A stretch of DNA of 42,864 nucleotides from Neovahlkampfia damariscottae (taxonomy: Eukaryota): the NCBI GenBank assembly GCA_016618085.1, contig JABLTG010000164.1, forward strand, positions 1-42,864, read 5' to 3'. The notes below the pieces were generated by a model. It was given only the letters and a program-made list of their open reading frames with translations. It was not told where the DNA came from and searched no databases. Below are positions 12,501 to 27,120 of the stretch, piece by piece (within the stretch, counting starts at the first letter, position 1; every line of letters begins with the position of its first letter). A program made the position numbers and the translations under genes.

Positions 12501-14629
12501 ATTTCAATTTTAGCAAACACTCAAGATTTTGAAAATCTTGAATATGTATTAAATACAATATTCGAAAGTGTTATTCATTTTGATTCAAAATACAGTCTTG
12601 GTGCGTTCATCTCTTTTTCTACTTTTATTTTGAACTTGAATTTCTGGAAAAGAAATATTTCAAATATCAAAATTTTGAAGAATTTATTAAAAAAAGTATT
12701 GAATTATGGAAAAATGCATCCAAGGTAAACTATTAATTATTCTGAATTTTAGATTCCTTGCAATTCTTTCACCACCAATTCAACACTTGATTCTCAGTGA
12801 AAATGATTTAAAAAATGAATTAGTTAAAGAAATTATTGATTTTCTTGTTATCACTTGTGAAATCAATGAAGATGATTTCTTGTATACAACAGGTAAAAAT
12901 TAATTAATTAACCAATTAGATTCAATTTTATCAACTTGTTTATATGACAAACAAAAAAGCAATTCCTATGCAGGAATTTATTTTTCACATAAATATTTAC
13001 AAGGTACTATTTTTTCAGCGATTGCAAATCTCAATTCATTCTCTGATTCAGAATTTATTAATCTATTAATTGTAGAACTTTTGAATTTCTCAAGAAAAAA
13101 ATTTCCAAAATCAATTGCTGAGTTACCAGGATCTTACGCACATCGACATTTAATTAGAGTTTGGAGATTATTAAATATACTAGTTGAATATATTACAGAA
13201 GAAATGGCATTGAAATTTGATGAGTTAATCTGGCAATGTTTTGATCAAATAATCTTAAATTCTATTCGTAGATTGATTGAAATTTTCTATTCAAATTTAA
13301 CATTAAAATATCCAATATTAATTGATAGTATACTCAAGTAAATATATTTTTATCCATATTTAATGTTGAATAGAAAATTGGTTGATTACAATGGAAGACC
13401 ACAATTAGTTGGAACTTTATTACTTATATCAGGAAATGTTGTTGTTTTTCATGAATCAAATGATCTTTTTATTGAAAATTTCTATAAATTGTTTCCATAT
13501 ATTTCAAATATGTTAACTTCACCTCAAAATACAATTCGTTGTATGGCTCAATTGACCTATGAAAAAATTTATGAAAGTTTCAAAAAAAGAAAATTGATTG
13601 AAAAAATTGATGAAAAATATATCAAACATTTAGAAGTTTCATTTGAATATATGCATAAAAACAAATCAGTTTTGAAATGGATTGAAAAATATCGAACCAT
13701 TTTTGAACAAAATCCATTGGTCGATTCTTTACCTGAAAATTTGATTGGTAGACCAATTGTTGATGGTGAATTCATCATTAATGACACTTTAACAGAAGTT
13801 GATTTCAAAAAGATATCAAATTTCAAATATATTTTATATTCTTTAGTTTCAATGAAAAATGAATTCAGTAATGAATTTAGAATTGAAAGAGTATTGAAAA
13901 ACTGGAAAACTTTTGATTATAGAAATTTAAAAGTTATTCAAGAAGAATATTTGAAAAAGATGAAATTGAAAGAAGATGAGAAAATAATTGACTCATTAAT
14001 TTCTGCTTCTTCAAATTCAATGTCAGTAGTTCAAAATTATCAAAGAAAAATAAAACCATATTCAATGGAAGATTTAGAAACAGAATTGAATCCAAGATTG
14101 AAATATTTGAATAAAAAGAAACAAAGTTTAATTGTTGTTGCAAGTTTCATTGATAGATTACCAAACTTAGCAGGTATTCATTTTCAAGAAAAAATTAATT
14201 TTTATTACAGGTTTAACAAGAACATCAGAAATTTTTTCAATTGAAAAATTAATTCTTAATTCTAAAAATGTCATCAAACATGATGATTTCTTGACTATTT
14301 CAGTTTCATCTGAAAAATGGGTTCCAATTGAAGAAGTGAAACCAGAAGGTTTAGAAGAATTTTTTAAAGAACAAAAAAAACTTGGATATTCAATTGTAGG
14401 TGTGGAACAAACACAAAACTCAGTTTCTATTGAAGAATTTCAATTCCCTGAAAAATCAGTTTTAGTTCTTGGAAAAGAGAAAGAAGGAATTCCAGTTGAA
14501 TTTATTCAAATGTTAGATTTTTGTGTTGAAATTCCACAATTAGGTATTATTAGATCTTTAAATGTTCATGTCAGTGCATCTATAATGATTTTTGAATACA
14601 CAAAACAACAATTATTGAAAAATAAATGA
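9549..14629 (+). CDS. TARBP1: tRNA (guanosine-18 2'-O)-methyltransferase TARBP1/Trm3-like, multi-exon
   Basis: Long helical N-terminal exons, then a SpoU domain: LIVVASFIDRLPNLAG, VSSEKWVP, VGVEQT, VLVLGKEKEGIP, CVEIPQLGIIRSLNVHVS. Internal exon boundaries are approximate. Confidence 0.88.
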
Positions 14630-14640
14630 AGTTTTCATTT

Positions 14641-17114
14641 TTAATATTTTTCAGCTAAAATTAATAAAATGATTGTAGTCCAACCATGAAAATCATTTAA
14701 TCTTTGACCATGTCCATTTTTAGGATTGTATTGTTCATAAAAACATCCAGTTTTTTTCCAATTATTGTAGACATTCATTATTAAATTATTTCTCAATTTT
14801 GAATAGATTTCTTTTGCTTTCAAATGTTTTTGAGATATTTTTGTTGAATGATTAACAATTCTATGTAATGATCTTAAAATTAAATAATTCATATTTATCC
14901 AAATTGGTCCTCTCCAATAATTTTCTTTTGTTCCAAATAATTTATCATTTAAACTTAATGATCTAATCCCATAGGATGAATATAAATGTTTTGGATTATT
15001 CAAAAGATTTAATAAAATATCAAACTTTTCAGATTCAATTGAAATCATATCAGTAATTAAAGGAAATAAATTAATATATCCAAGATGATTCGAAAATTCA
15101 CTTTTTTCTTTTCCTTTTTTTTGTTGTTTGTTATCATAATTGACACCAACATAATCAGAATGAATACCTAATTTTGTATTTAAATGTAATTTATCTAAAT
15201 TAATTTTTAGAGTATTTTGATTTTGTAAGAAAATATGATCTTTAATATTCAAAATATCACAAATTTGATTCATCAAATCAGAAATCATGTACATCCAACA
15301 ATATAAATCTAAATGTCTTTCTGATAGTACAGGTGTTAATGAACCTCTTGGGTAATCATCAAGACCAGATGCAAAATTATGACCTTTAGTTCTGCCTCTC
15401 CAACGAAATGAATCTTTAATTGAACCACTTTGTGTTTTGAAAAACCATGAATAATAAAGTTTCAATTTTGGAAATATTTTCTTGAGAAATTCAACATCTT
15501 TTGTATCTTCATTTGTTTCCATTTCTTTTTGGAAATTTGTGTGATTGGTCAAATTAACAGTGTCTCCAGAATTTGGATTTACTTGAACTTTTTTTAATTT
15601 TAAATTATCAAGTATGTTTGATAATGATAAAAATAGTGTTGGTGGATTTGCATTGGTTGAAATTTGTTTTTGAAATTCTGGTGGAACTTTACTTCTTGCT
15701 TCCTCACCTAAAATTTGTTCTCGAGCAATCCATCCATTATAATCCATTAAATTCATCCAGTGTACGAAAATATCCTTATAAAGTTCTTTATCCCATTTTT
15801 GAATTAATAATTGATGAAATCCTTCATCCCAAAGAAATCCTCTTGGAAAAAATGATCTTGAAGGTGTAGTACAAAATAAAACGTTATTTGAAGATGTTAA
15901 AATTGGTTCATTATCTTCATATTGATGAATAGAAGAACCTGAAAAATAACCAATCCCTCCAATTAAATTTGATAGAGCTGATTTTCCAAAATCTAAATGT
16001 GAATTTAATTGAAATATGTCTTTAAATTTTGAATTAAATTCTTTTTCTTTTTTTTTAAATTCATTGGTTAATTTTTTTCCAAGCATTTTTTGAACATTTC
16101 TTTTCATCAAAGAATTTGTTGAATGATGCTCGTTTGACATCAAAGCGTACTCTAAAGTGAATGGTGTCGTAATTACTTTTTGAACGAGCATTGTTTTCAT
16201 TGAGGATTTAAGTCTATTTGATAAAGTAAAGATTTGCTCATTTGAATTTTTGGAGTTTACAATTTTTTTACTTGAAAAATATTCAAATATTTTATCTTTT
16301 GAAAATTTTTCATCTAATCCAATAAAATGGAACTTTTCCAATAATTGTTCTAATTTAGTCAATGATTCACCTTATTTCAGAAAACCAATTAAAAATTTTT
16401 TCGTTTTTTTGCAAACCTTTATACTCTGATTGGTCTCTCATGTAAAAATTAAATTTTCCAATATTCTCGTTCTTCCCAGATATCACCACAGGATTTGCTA
16501 TTTTTTTAGAAAAAATTCAAAAAGTAGTACTCAATCCATTTCTCCTCATACCTGAAAGCTTCAAATTATTTGAATCTTCAAAAACAAAAAATGTAGATAT
16601 TTTTGCTTTGGTATTTTTATCTAAACTCTTTCCTTCAATTCTAATTGAAAAATCACCACCTAAATTTCCATTTCTTGGGTTTTTAAAAAACTTAATATTC
16701 AATTGTAAGTTATTTTGAGGATCTGTTATAATTTCTTCACCATAAGTCTTTCCATCATGTACTTTCCATTTTACTGTGACACCATCATGAGGCTCACAAG
16801 TGTATCTCAACTTATCAAGAAAGTTATCAGTGTTATACCCTTTTAACAAGATTAAAAAAAAAGAAAAAGAAAAAAGTACATAAAAATCCCATTTGAGTTG
16901 GTAAAATATCTCTAGTTTTCATACCAAAATATAAATTTGGACGATATGCTTTTTAAATTTTTTAATTATTTCTTTTATTTTTACTGCCCCATTTCATCGT
17001 GTTGTTGTATTCCTGAGTTGAATAACCATGTTCATGGGCTATAATTTGATTTCCTTTGAAGGATATAACAAATAAAAAAAGCAAAAATATAAAGATTTCA
17101 CGACAATGACTCAT
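14641..17114 (-). CDS. MOGS: Mannosyl-oligosaccharide glucosidase I (GH63)
   Basis: Signal anchor, WG/YRPNLYFGMKTR, LRYTCE, PSRSFFPRGFLWDEGFH, GWIAREQILGEEARSKVP, SGLDDYPR, YWRGPIWINMNYL, FYEQY and FHGWT. Confidence 0.95.
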
Positions 17115-17280
17115 CAAAGTTGTTGTGAAAGATTTGGAAATTGTGGTCCAATGAAAACTGTTCGAATCGGAAATTTAAAAATAACCTTGAAAAATATCCG
17201 AAATTGATTTTAATTTTATTTTATTCAGTCCAAAAATAAAAGGCTGAAACTCATTGGTTAGTTGAATACAAAAGATCAAA

Positions 17281-18040
17281 ATGTTGTTACAATACACACT
17301 TGGAATTTTAGGACCAATTTTTGGTATAACTCTATTCCTTTCTCCACTGTAAAACAAAAGATTAAATAATTGTTCAACTAAGAAAAACTCTACAAAATGC
17401 AAAAACAACAAAAATATATATAACACCTTTTCCTTATTTATGTAAGAATTCATGAATTAAAAACAATAGCTATGGTATTAAATTGTATTTTATGGTCAAC
17501 TTATGGAATTTTTCTTTCAAACCTTTCCATCATTATTCCTAATTTGTTTGGTTTTTGTTGTGGTGCTTATTACATATGGTTATGTTATGATTTAGTTGAA
17601 GAGAAAGATTTACTCATTAGAAATTCATTTATTTCTCTTTTAATTTATATTTTTGCTGTTGGAATTTCTTTATTCATGAACAGAGAAAATCCAACTCTAA
17701 TTTTGGGATTGATCTGTTGTACAGCGTCAGTCTTATTATTTGGAAGTCCTTTAATTGTTATAAGAAAAGTAATAAATGAAAAGAATTCAGAATCCATTCC
17801 AGGTCCTCTTTGTTTTATGAACACAGTTTCTTCATTCACTTGGTTGTAAGTTATAAATTTCTTCATTAAAAAAAAATTTCAAGTTTATATGGTTCAACAA
17901 TCGTTGATTATTATGTTATCATTCCGAATTTTATCGGATTTATTCTTGGTTCAATTCAATTAGCTTTCAAAATTTATTTTAACAAAAAAACTTTACCAAT
18001 AGGAGAAAAAGAATTCATTCCAGAAGAGATTGCAGTATAA
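17281..18040 (+). CDS. SWEET/MtN3 sugar transporter (4 exons)
   Basis: LFLSPL, PFPY, LNCILWSTYG, IIIPNLFG, FGSPL..IRKVI.EKNSESIP, W.LYG and IPNFIG form two MtN3 repeats. Confidence 0.9.
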
Positions 18041-18054
18041 TCTGATTAAAATTT

Positions 18055-21000
18055 TTATTTATCACACTTTGGACATCCAAATTTTTTCTCTGAATCTTTG
18101 AAACAATCCTTATGAAAGGTCAAATTACATTGAGAACATTGTGTCACTGTTGACAAATTAAAAGCATATATTGGATTTGGATCATAACAAACAGAACAAA
18201 TAATACCTGATTTACTCTTACAATACTTCAAAAAAGTAAAAAAAAAAAATCGAAAATCAAACCTTGCATTGTTTTGAAATGTGATCAGAAAAAATTGAAA
18301 ATAATTTTGAAAGTCTTTTCAAAAATGGTGAAACTTGAGGTTCAAAATTTAAATGTTCTAAATTTTGAATTGAATAAATTTCTGTATTTGTCATATAATT
18401 CATGTATGCATTTAATTTATATTTTTCAACTAATGCATTATGATTTGGACAATCTACTAAAATGTCCCATTCAATCATCAATCTTTGACGAATCATCTAA
18501 TAAGAAAAAGTGAATTGAAATAATTTTTTTTACTCTTGCTTTTTGTAAATTTGGTACTTTATCAAATAATGATGGATTTGCAGCACTCACACAAATCATT
18601 GGCATGGTGGCAATTTCCTTCAAATAACTCTTTGCATTTGAACAAACATAATAACCTGTAAAATCCCAATTATGAACAATATATGCTGGAAGTGCTGCTG
18701 TTTCATTTCTATGACAATCTGAACAATAATATTTACAAGTGTAATGACAATAACGAGGTCTTGAAAAAAAACTATCTTTCAATGGAGTTGAACAACCTGC
18801 ACATTGATATTCTTGTAATTGTAATTGTGTTCCCTTTGGAACTAACTCTTTCATATCAACATATAATTTCATATGATTTCCAGAATGAATTTTTTTTTCT
18901 GTTGTTGATGTATTTGTTTGAACTGTTCTTGGTGAAGATAATGTTTCAGACATCAATTTTTTATTATAAGGATCATCAGAAAATGTATCATTATCAGTTG
19001 AAGCTTGATAATCATTTGACATTTCATCGGCATCAGGTTCAATAATAGATTCTTGATCAGGTAGAGTTGAAGTTGATTTAATGAATTCATTTGGATCAAC
19101 TGATTCACGATTTCCATTGGTATCAATATTGGTAATAATTGGACTTTGCATTTTTCCATTAGTTGCAAGTTCATTATAAGAATTTGTTTTTGGAATTGAT
19201 ATTTTTGATGATTTCATTTTTGTTGAAAATCTATCTTCTTCTTTCGGTGGAATATAAAATGAATCTAATCTTTCTCTTTCATTATTTAAATTATTTGTTG
19301 ATGAATTATTGGATGAATTGATTAATGTGTTTGATGTGATATTATGTAAAGGTGATGAATAATTTTGATTTAAATTATTTGTTGTGCCTGAAAATGTTAT
19401 TGGTTCTTCATTCAATTTAGAAAATAATCTTTTTGATTCTGATTGAAAATTCCATTCCATTTCAAATAATTTTTCTGCAATTTTTAATCTTTCTTCTCTG
19501 TATTTTAATTTTTCATGAAGAATTGCAATTTTAAGTAAATGATCTTCTTCTTGAGGAGTCCCTGCTTCTAATGGTTTGAAACGTGCAGTTGAATAGACTT
19601 TATTTTGATTTGATATTCTACTTCCAAGATTATCAAGTCTTTTTTGAATTAATTCTAATTCAATTGTTAATTCTGAAGTTAAAATATCATCATTATTCAT
19701 TAATGAATTAATAACTTTTTTTGTTGTTTCAATAGCTTTTTGTTGAATATCAGAAACACTTTCAAATTTTAATTTTCTTTTTGAAACTTCTGTTGAAAGT
19801 TTAAGTCTTTTTTTACTTTTAGGTGAAGAAATATTCATTGAATTTAATAAATTTGTAATTTCATCATCTTTAATTTCAGTTTCAGTTTCTGCATCATTAT
19901 CAATGAATTCAACAATTGGACTGAATGAAACTTGTTTTGGTGATTCAGCTGATTTGTAATTTGTATCAATTTTAATGGTATTCATATCATGTTCCTCTTC
20001 TTCAATTCTTACATATGGATTAAATTGAACCATTTTTGGTGAAACTGCTTTTTTGATTGGTTCTTCTTCATCATCCTCTTCTTGATTGTCATCTGTTACA
20101 ACATCATCTTTTTCATCTTCATTTTCAACCATATTTTCAACATCATTTTTTATTTCTTTTTCTTCATCAATTAAAGTCACAATTGGATCAAATTTAACTT
20201 TCTTTTCGTCAACCTGATTGACAGTTTCTGTTGGTGTTTCAGTTTCAAGTGGTTTTAATTCTTCAATCAATGATGTCTCTTCAATTTCTTTTTTTTCTAT
20301 TTTTGGTTCTTCTACTTCTTCTGGTTTATCTGAGATTTCATCCAGTGACGCTGTTGAAGATGTCAAAGAAAGTGATGTTTTTTTCTTTTTTTCATTCATT
20401 TCTTTCTTTTTCAATGCAATCAATCTTTTCTTTTCTTCAATATCTCTTTTTCTTTTTTCCATTAAATCTGATTCTGCAGCAGGAATCGGTGATGGTGAAT
20501 CAATTTCATCAAATTTTTTTGAATTGACTCTTTGCAATGAATGTATTTTTGTTTCTGATTTTTGAGATAATGATTGTTTTGGTGAATTAGTCACTGAATT
20601 TGATCTCAATTCATTTTTCTTTGGACTTTCTAATTGATCTAAATTTGAACGAAAACTTGTTGATTTTGTTAAACTCTTTGTTCCTCTTAAACTATCATCT
20701 TGTGAAGAAACTGATGATGTATCAGGTAAAGTATCTTGTTCAACTACTAAATCAAGAAGAGTTGGTGTTGTTAATTTTTCTTCTTGATTTTCTTCGATTG
20801 GCTCAATTGTAAACGAATCAACAGAAGCTACATTTTCCAATTGAGTTGCATGTTCTTCTTTTTTTTGATGAAAAGGTGATGATGTCATTGATGGATTTTC
20901 AATTTCAACTGTTTTTTTTTTTTTATTTTTTTTAACTTTGATAACATCTTCTTGAGAGTTCAAATCTTTTTTTTTTATTTTTTTCTTCTTCTTTTTAGGT

Positions 21001-21501
21001 TCATCAGGAGTTCTAAAATTGATTATTTTTTTTATTTATTTTACATTTTGAACGTCAAACTTTTTAATTGTATAAAAAGTGCAGTTAAAAAAGTCATTTC
21101 TTCTTCAGAAAAGAAAAATGATCTTTGTTGATAAAATGTTGATAGTTTATCAATATTTGAAATTTCTTGAAGGAAATCAACAAATTTGTTGTTGTTTAAA
21201 GTCACTTGAATCATAACTAAAGTTGAGTCAAGAGAAGATTCATAATCTCCGAAAAATTGTTTTTTGTCTTTGATGCATTCAACAACTTCAGAAAAAGAAA
21301 CACCTAATTGTAAACTTTCTTCAAGCATTTTCCTTAAGTTCTCACTTTGAAAGTTAATTTCTTTTTTTTTTTTGATTCTTACCAAAGTGAATCAACTTGT
21401 AAGGAGTTTGTTAATGGTGTATCTGGATCTGATTGTGATATACCCACTAATTTCTTGACAGCATTTTTTATGCTACCTTTTAATAATGAAGGCAAAGGCA
21501 T
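18055..21501 (-). CDS. Rubicon/PLEKHM/DEF8-family protein: N-terminal RUN-like domain, long low-complexity linker, C-terminal DUF4206 zinc domain
   Basis: QEYQCAGC, RYCHYTCKYYCSDCH, PAYIVHNWDF, HISKQC, C..C..TFHKDCF and terminal CPKC. An N-terminal exon ends LSTFYQQRSFF...LKSLTFK, like a RUN-domain end. Confidence 0.85.
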
Positions 21502-21614
21502 TTTCTTAGTCCAGTGAATTTGATTGGATATTGAGATTCTAATGAGTTTTCTTTTGTTCGAAATTGAACTGGAACGAAAACTTTGATACTAATTAATAAA
21601 TCTTGTACAACATT

Positions 21615-22603
21615 TTATTTTTGAATTATTTTTTTGGCATCTTCAAAACCTATGGAAAACATTTCTTTCCCAGAAGAAAAACCAATGTAATAACCAGGTA
21701 AATTTTTTGATGGAATGAAACTTCTGATAACCGCTTTTGGAAAGGCTGTTCTTGCATGTTGGAGATCTCTCAAAAAAAAATTTGATAAAACTCCGAAGAT
21801 TGTTTTTCCAAAAACAAAAGGAGTAGTTCTTCCTATCCAACTTGGTATTGGAAATAAATCACCAATAGCCAAAACTGTATCAACATGAACTTCTGTAGCT
21901 CCAAGATTATAACAAGTTCTAATTGCCTTTGAGACTGGGTTCATGTAAGAAACACCTCCATCTATAAAATGTTTTTCTCCTATTTTTACAGCAGGGAATA
22001 CAGATGGAATTGCAGCACTTCCATAAATAGCCTTTTTGAAACTTGTTTAAAAAAATTACAAAATTACCTTTAGTAAATCATCAGCTGAGTGAGTTTGATT
22101 AAATTGAATGAATTTAGAATCTGATAAAGAATGTGCTCCTGTTATAAAATTTCTTCCAAATTTTTTAATGTTGATAGTATTCACATTTTTCTTGATTTGA
22201 TTGAGCATTGGTGAAGTATCATATAAACCTGATTTGAAAAGAAATCCTTGAAGAATTCCACCAGGAATCCAATTTTTATACATATTTGATGATTTCAAAC
22301 CTAAATTAAATTGTACAACATGTTTGATTGCTTCTTTTTCTTTTCCTCTTTGGTATGAAGATAAAATACCCGCATTTATAGCACCAGCAGAAATACCTTT
22401 TTTGTTTAATTTATTTTTCTTTTCAAACCTGAAATTACATCCCAGTTGAGGTTTTCTTCTTTTTCAAATTGAGACAAAGCTTGTAAAACACCTGCTTCGT
22501 AGGCACCTCTGTCGCCACCACCACCTAAAGCTAAAGCTCTGCATTTGAATCCATAAATTTCAACGAAAAAAATGGACAAAACAATCAACAGTAAAACTTT
22601 CAT
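21615..22603 (-). CDS. Secreted patatin-like phospholipase
   Basis: Signal peptide MKVLLLIVLSIFFVEIYG, GGGGDRGAY oxyanion loop, spliced G-I-S-A-G nucleophile motif, SAAIPSVFP and FIDGGV. Confidence 0.9.
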
Positions 22604-22752
22604 GAAAATGAAAAAGACGCAACGATTGGACAAAAAAAAAAATTAAATCCATTTTAAAATGAATGTAGTCTCTGTTTTATTGAAAAAAAAATATCTGATT
22701 CTTCGATAACCGTTAGAAATGTCTAAAATTCTCTCCAATCAAATCAATCCAC

Positions 22753-24224
22753 ATGTGGAGATTATCCTTTCCTCGATCTACTGAGGAGGAAGAAGTTAAA
22801 ATTCCAAATTATATGTGTCCACCTGATACATTTACTTTCAGATTACTTTCTCATATGAAAAGTACAGAAATAGACCTTGAATCAAAGAACAAACCATACG
22901 TTGTAAAATTAAAGAAAAATTAATCATTTTTAAGATATACTTGATAAGAATAGAAATATCAAATCGGTCTTGGTGTGTGAAAAAACGATATAACAATTTT
23001 TTTGACCTGAGGAAAAACGTAATCTCTTTTAAATTTTTCTAAAATCTGTTTTTATTAATAGCTGAGAGGTTTAGGTTATGAAAATTTACCACCATTACCA
23101 CCAAAGGTTGCTATTTCTCAATTATGGCAAAATGTACCAAATAAAAGAATAGGAGGATTACAATCATTTATTGATCAATTAACTCAAATTAATGGAATTG
23201 TTGACGACTCCAATATTATTGATTTTTTTAATTTAAACAAAGTTGAAGAAAATATACTATACCAAGTCCCAGATGAAATATTTCACAAAATTTTTAAATA
23301 CATACCTTTTCAAGATTTGTTTGGTAATGTTTCAGCAGTTAGTTTTTGGTTCAGAAAATTAGTTTTTTCAACATATTCTCATATAGAATTTATTTTTATA
23401 AACAAAACAATCTATTTTGGATCAAATATTGTTTCCATAAAAAGTATACATGATTTAGGCCAATTAGTTGAAAAGTAAGTGTTATGATAAACATTTTTAA
23501 TTTTTTTTTTGAAAGGTTTATTGCTGCTAAATATATTAAATTTGATAGTTTATATTATTTAGATGATTCAATTTGGGATAATATTTCAAAAAAATGTAAA
23601 CAACAACAAAAAGTTATAATCACAAAATGTGGATTAGAAAAACCAAATTTTTCAAGCCCCACTATTTCATTATTGAATTTACAATACTGTACAAATTTAA
23701 CTTCAATTTCACTTTCAAGGAAAACCTATCAATGTCTTAGAAATTTAAACTTATCAGGTACAAAAATCAACGATATAACTTTAAATGAGATTTTAAAGAA
23801 ATCAATCAATTTAATTCAACTGGAATGTTATGATTGTGAAAATTTAATCAAACCAAATTTGTCATCAAAAAAACTCACAAAAATTAATTTAAGTTTTTGT
23901 GAAAATTTAACAAATCCCACTTTTGAAACACCAAAATGTAAAGTGATGAATTTACGAAATACAGCAATTGTAGATGATGTTTTTTTGAATTCATTTTTTA
24001 ATCAATCCATTGAAAAATTATATTTATCAGGTTGTGTTAGTTTGAAGAGTCCTACTATAAAATGTCAAAAATTACAAGAATTATATCTTGGTTGTTGTAC
24101 GTCAATGAAAGAAAATTTTATTTTTGATTGTCCCAATTTAAAAGTTTTGGATATTCAATTGACTCAAATTAAATTTGATAATTTTAAAGAAAAGTTTCCT
24201 GAATTGATAGATGTGAGAAAATAA
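22753..24224 (+). CDS. PX domain + F-box + leucine-rich-repeat protein (spliced)
   Basis: Manual splicing gives KPYVIYLIRI...WCVKKRYNNFFDLRKNL...LPPLPPK...KRIGGLQSFIDQL (PX), QVPDEIFHKIFKYIPFQDLFGNVSAVSFWFRKL (F-box), then LxxLxLxxC repeats. Confidence 0.8.
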
Positions 24225-24316
24225 TAAACTATTTAATTATTCATTTTTTTTTATGTTAAATTTAATTTAAAAGGGTGGTTCGAATTTGAAACTTGTTGAC
24301 CAATCAGATCAAAATA

Positions 24317-25552
24317 ATGAGCAAAAAAAAAGAAACAGAAGAAGAAACAATTTTACTTGGTAGAGTTGGAACACAACTTCAAGTCGGTATTGTAGGATTA
24401 CCAAATGTCGGAAAATCAACATTTTTCAATGTTCTTACAAATTCACAAGTGAAAGCAGAAAACTTTCCATTTTGCACAATTAAACCAACAACAAACAGAT
24501 GTTTGGTACCAGACAAAAGATTTGACTGGCTTGTTGATCACTGGAAACCTGCTAATGACCAAAAAGCTATTTTGTACATCACAGGTAAATTCAATACAAA
24601 ATTAATAAAAACAAAGATATTGCTGGTTTAGTAAAAGGAGCTTCAAATGGAGAAGGTCTTGGAAATGCTTTCTTAAGCAATATCAAAGCTGTAGATGCTA
24701 TTTTCCATATGGTCAGAATTTTTGAAGATGAAGAAATTACTCACGTAGAAGGTTCAGTTGATCCAATTCGTGATATTGAAATTATCACAAATGAGTTAAT
24801 TACAAAAGATATTGAATTTATGGAAAGTGCAAAAAACATTGCTTTAAAAAAACGTGGAGACAACAATGTTAAATTTGAACTTGAATTAATTGAAAGAATT
24901 TTAGAAATGTTAAACAATGGACAAGAAATACGTTTTGGACATTGGAAAGCAAAAGAAGTTGAATATTTAAACACATGGCAACTTTTGACTGCTAAAACTG
25001 TTGTTTTCTTAGTTAATATGACACCAAAAGATTATTTACGTCAAAAAAACAAATGGTTGTTAAAGATTAATGATTATGTGAAAGATAAAAAACATAACAC
25101 AAAAGTTATTCCATTTAGTGCTGAATTTGAAAAAACAGTTGCTGAAATGTCACCAGAAGAACAAAAATCATATTTGAAAGAAAATAAAACAAAATCACAA
25201 CTTTCAAACATCATTAAAACTGGATATAAAGCATTAGATTTAATTTACTACTTTACAGCAGGTAAAGATGAAGTTAAAGCTTGGACTATTAAAAAAGGAT
25301 TCAAAGCTCCACAAGGTAAAAAAAAAAAAATTAACTTTTTTTCATAAAGCTGCTGGTAAAATCCATACTGATTTTGAAAAAGGTTTCATTTGTTGTGAAG
25401 TTATGGCTTTTGAAGATTATAAAGAATTAGGAAGTGAATTGGAATGTAAAGCAAAAGGTAAATTATTACAACAAGGTAAAAATTACGTTGTAAATGATGG
25501 TGATATTATTTTCTTCAAATTCAATGTTGGAAAATCAGCAAAAAAAAAATAA
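24317..25552 (+). CDS. OLA1: Obg-like ATPase 1 (YchF family)
   Basis: [62 protein letters not shown] and [10 protein letters not shown]. Introns 24585-24616 and about 25316-25348. Confidence 0.97.
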
Positions 25553-25593
25553 ATTCTCTTTTATTGGTCAATTTGACAAAACCAGAGAAACTC

Positions 25594-27120
25594 ATGAAGT
25601 TGTCAAAGCAAAAAGAATTATTATATTTTGGTTCTGTTGAATGCTATTTTGATTCTGTTCCTGGAGAAACCTTTGCTTTTTCAGAAGAAACATTCATTGA
25701 ATCAAGTGATGAAAAATTAAAAAAAAAATCATTGGAAAGAAACAACTTGCCTGAATATAAAGGACCTGAATATATGAGTTTGATTTTACCAGCTGTACCT
25801 GGAACAGATCCTATTATCAACAAACTAGAAAAAGATGTATCAAGTTTTCCAATACAGTTACAGAAGCCAATAATGAAAAGTAGAGACGGAAACATACTTG
25901 GTTATCATAGTGGTATAAGGTCTGCAATAATACCATTTAATGGAAAATATTATCGTTTGAAAGGGTGTGGAAACATGTATGAAAAATTTCCACTTTTTCA
26001 AATACCACATGAAGAAAGAGATGATTTAGTTGAAATTAGAGGATGTACTTTTGAACACACTTCTAGCAGAGAATTATTGTATTTTGGCAAAGTGAATAAA
26101 TTAATGATGGAAAATGATATTCCTCTTTCCAATATTTCATTAGGTAATTATTTGATTATTTTATCAATTTTCAGGATGGTATGAGTATAATTTGAGCAAA
26201 ACACCGTTACCAAAAGTTAAAAGAGTTTGTGCTATTTATGAAACAAAAGGAGAAAAACGTTTAGCTGATCATTTGTTGACTGGAATTGAACGATTATTGC
26301 CTCTTTTAATATCAACTGAAAAATTTGATTCAAAAGATTTTCTTTCAAAATATCCATCAGTTAGAGTTGATGGTGATTCTGTTATATCAACATGGATGTC
26401 TGTGTCTTGTGAATTTGATTTGCAAACTAGTTATTTCAATATGTTAAATTTTGATTTACCAGAAATATCACCAAAATTTGAAACAAAATATGAAACTTGG
26501 AAAGATATTTGGGAAGAAAATAGCTCCATCCTGACATTAGGACTTGAATTTTTGAAAAAAAATCAAAAATCTGCTAAATCTTTATTAAGTAAATTTTGGA
26601 TTTTTTCATTAACAATTTCAAAGGTTATTTGTACTGGAGATTGGGAAGAGAAGTTGGTTTCATTCAAAAATTATTCTCAAAAAATAATATTAATTGGGGT
26701 ACATATAATGATAAATTAGGAGATCATTCAAATTCTCATGCAAATAATCTCGTTATTCTACCAATGGAAAAAGTAGATCGAAATTTTTTAGCTCCTTTAG
26801 ATTTTGATATGGCTTATAACAAAGAATTCTTTGATAGATCTGATGATAAATTGTTTCAAGATTGGCTCAAAATGGAAGAAAAAGCTCAAGCATGTTCAAT
26901 TTCCGGAGCAGATTTCAATTCTGGTGTAAGAGAAGTCGAAAAATTAGATAATCCAATATTAGACTCAATACGTTGGGGTTTAAGAGACACAATGTTGCTT
27001 GGTTATTACAATGCATTGAATGATGAAAAAGATTTGTGCCCACTGGATCCAAAATTGACTGAATATTGTTATGCTCTTATTGAATTAGCTTTAATAACGA
27101 CATCTCAAGTGATTGCATAA
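25594..27120 (+). CDS. Uncharacterised kinase-like-fold protein with SelO-like motif order (3 exons)
   Basis: Three consecutive ORFs joined by short GT-AG introns. Motifs HSGIRSA, YRLKGCG, RGC....SSRELL, HSNSHANN and APLDFDMA. Confidence 0.65.

Noticed and set aside
18274..20812. Numerous 60-120 aa antisense ORFs here and elsewhere
   Set aside because: They are shadows of well-supported genes on the opposite strand.
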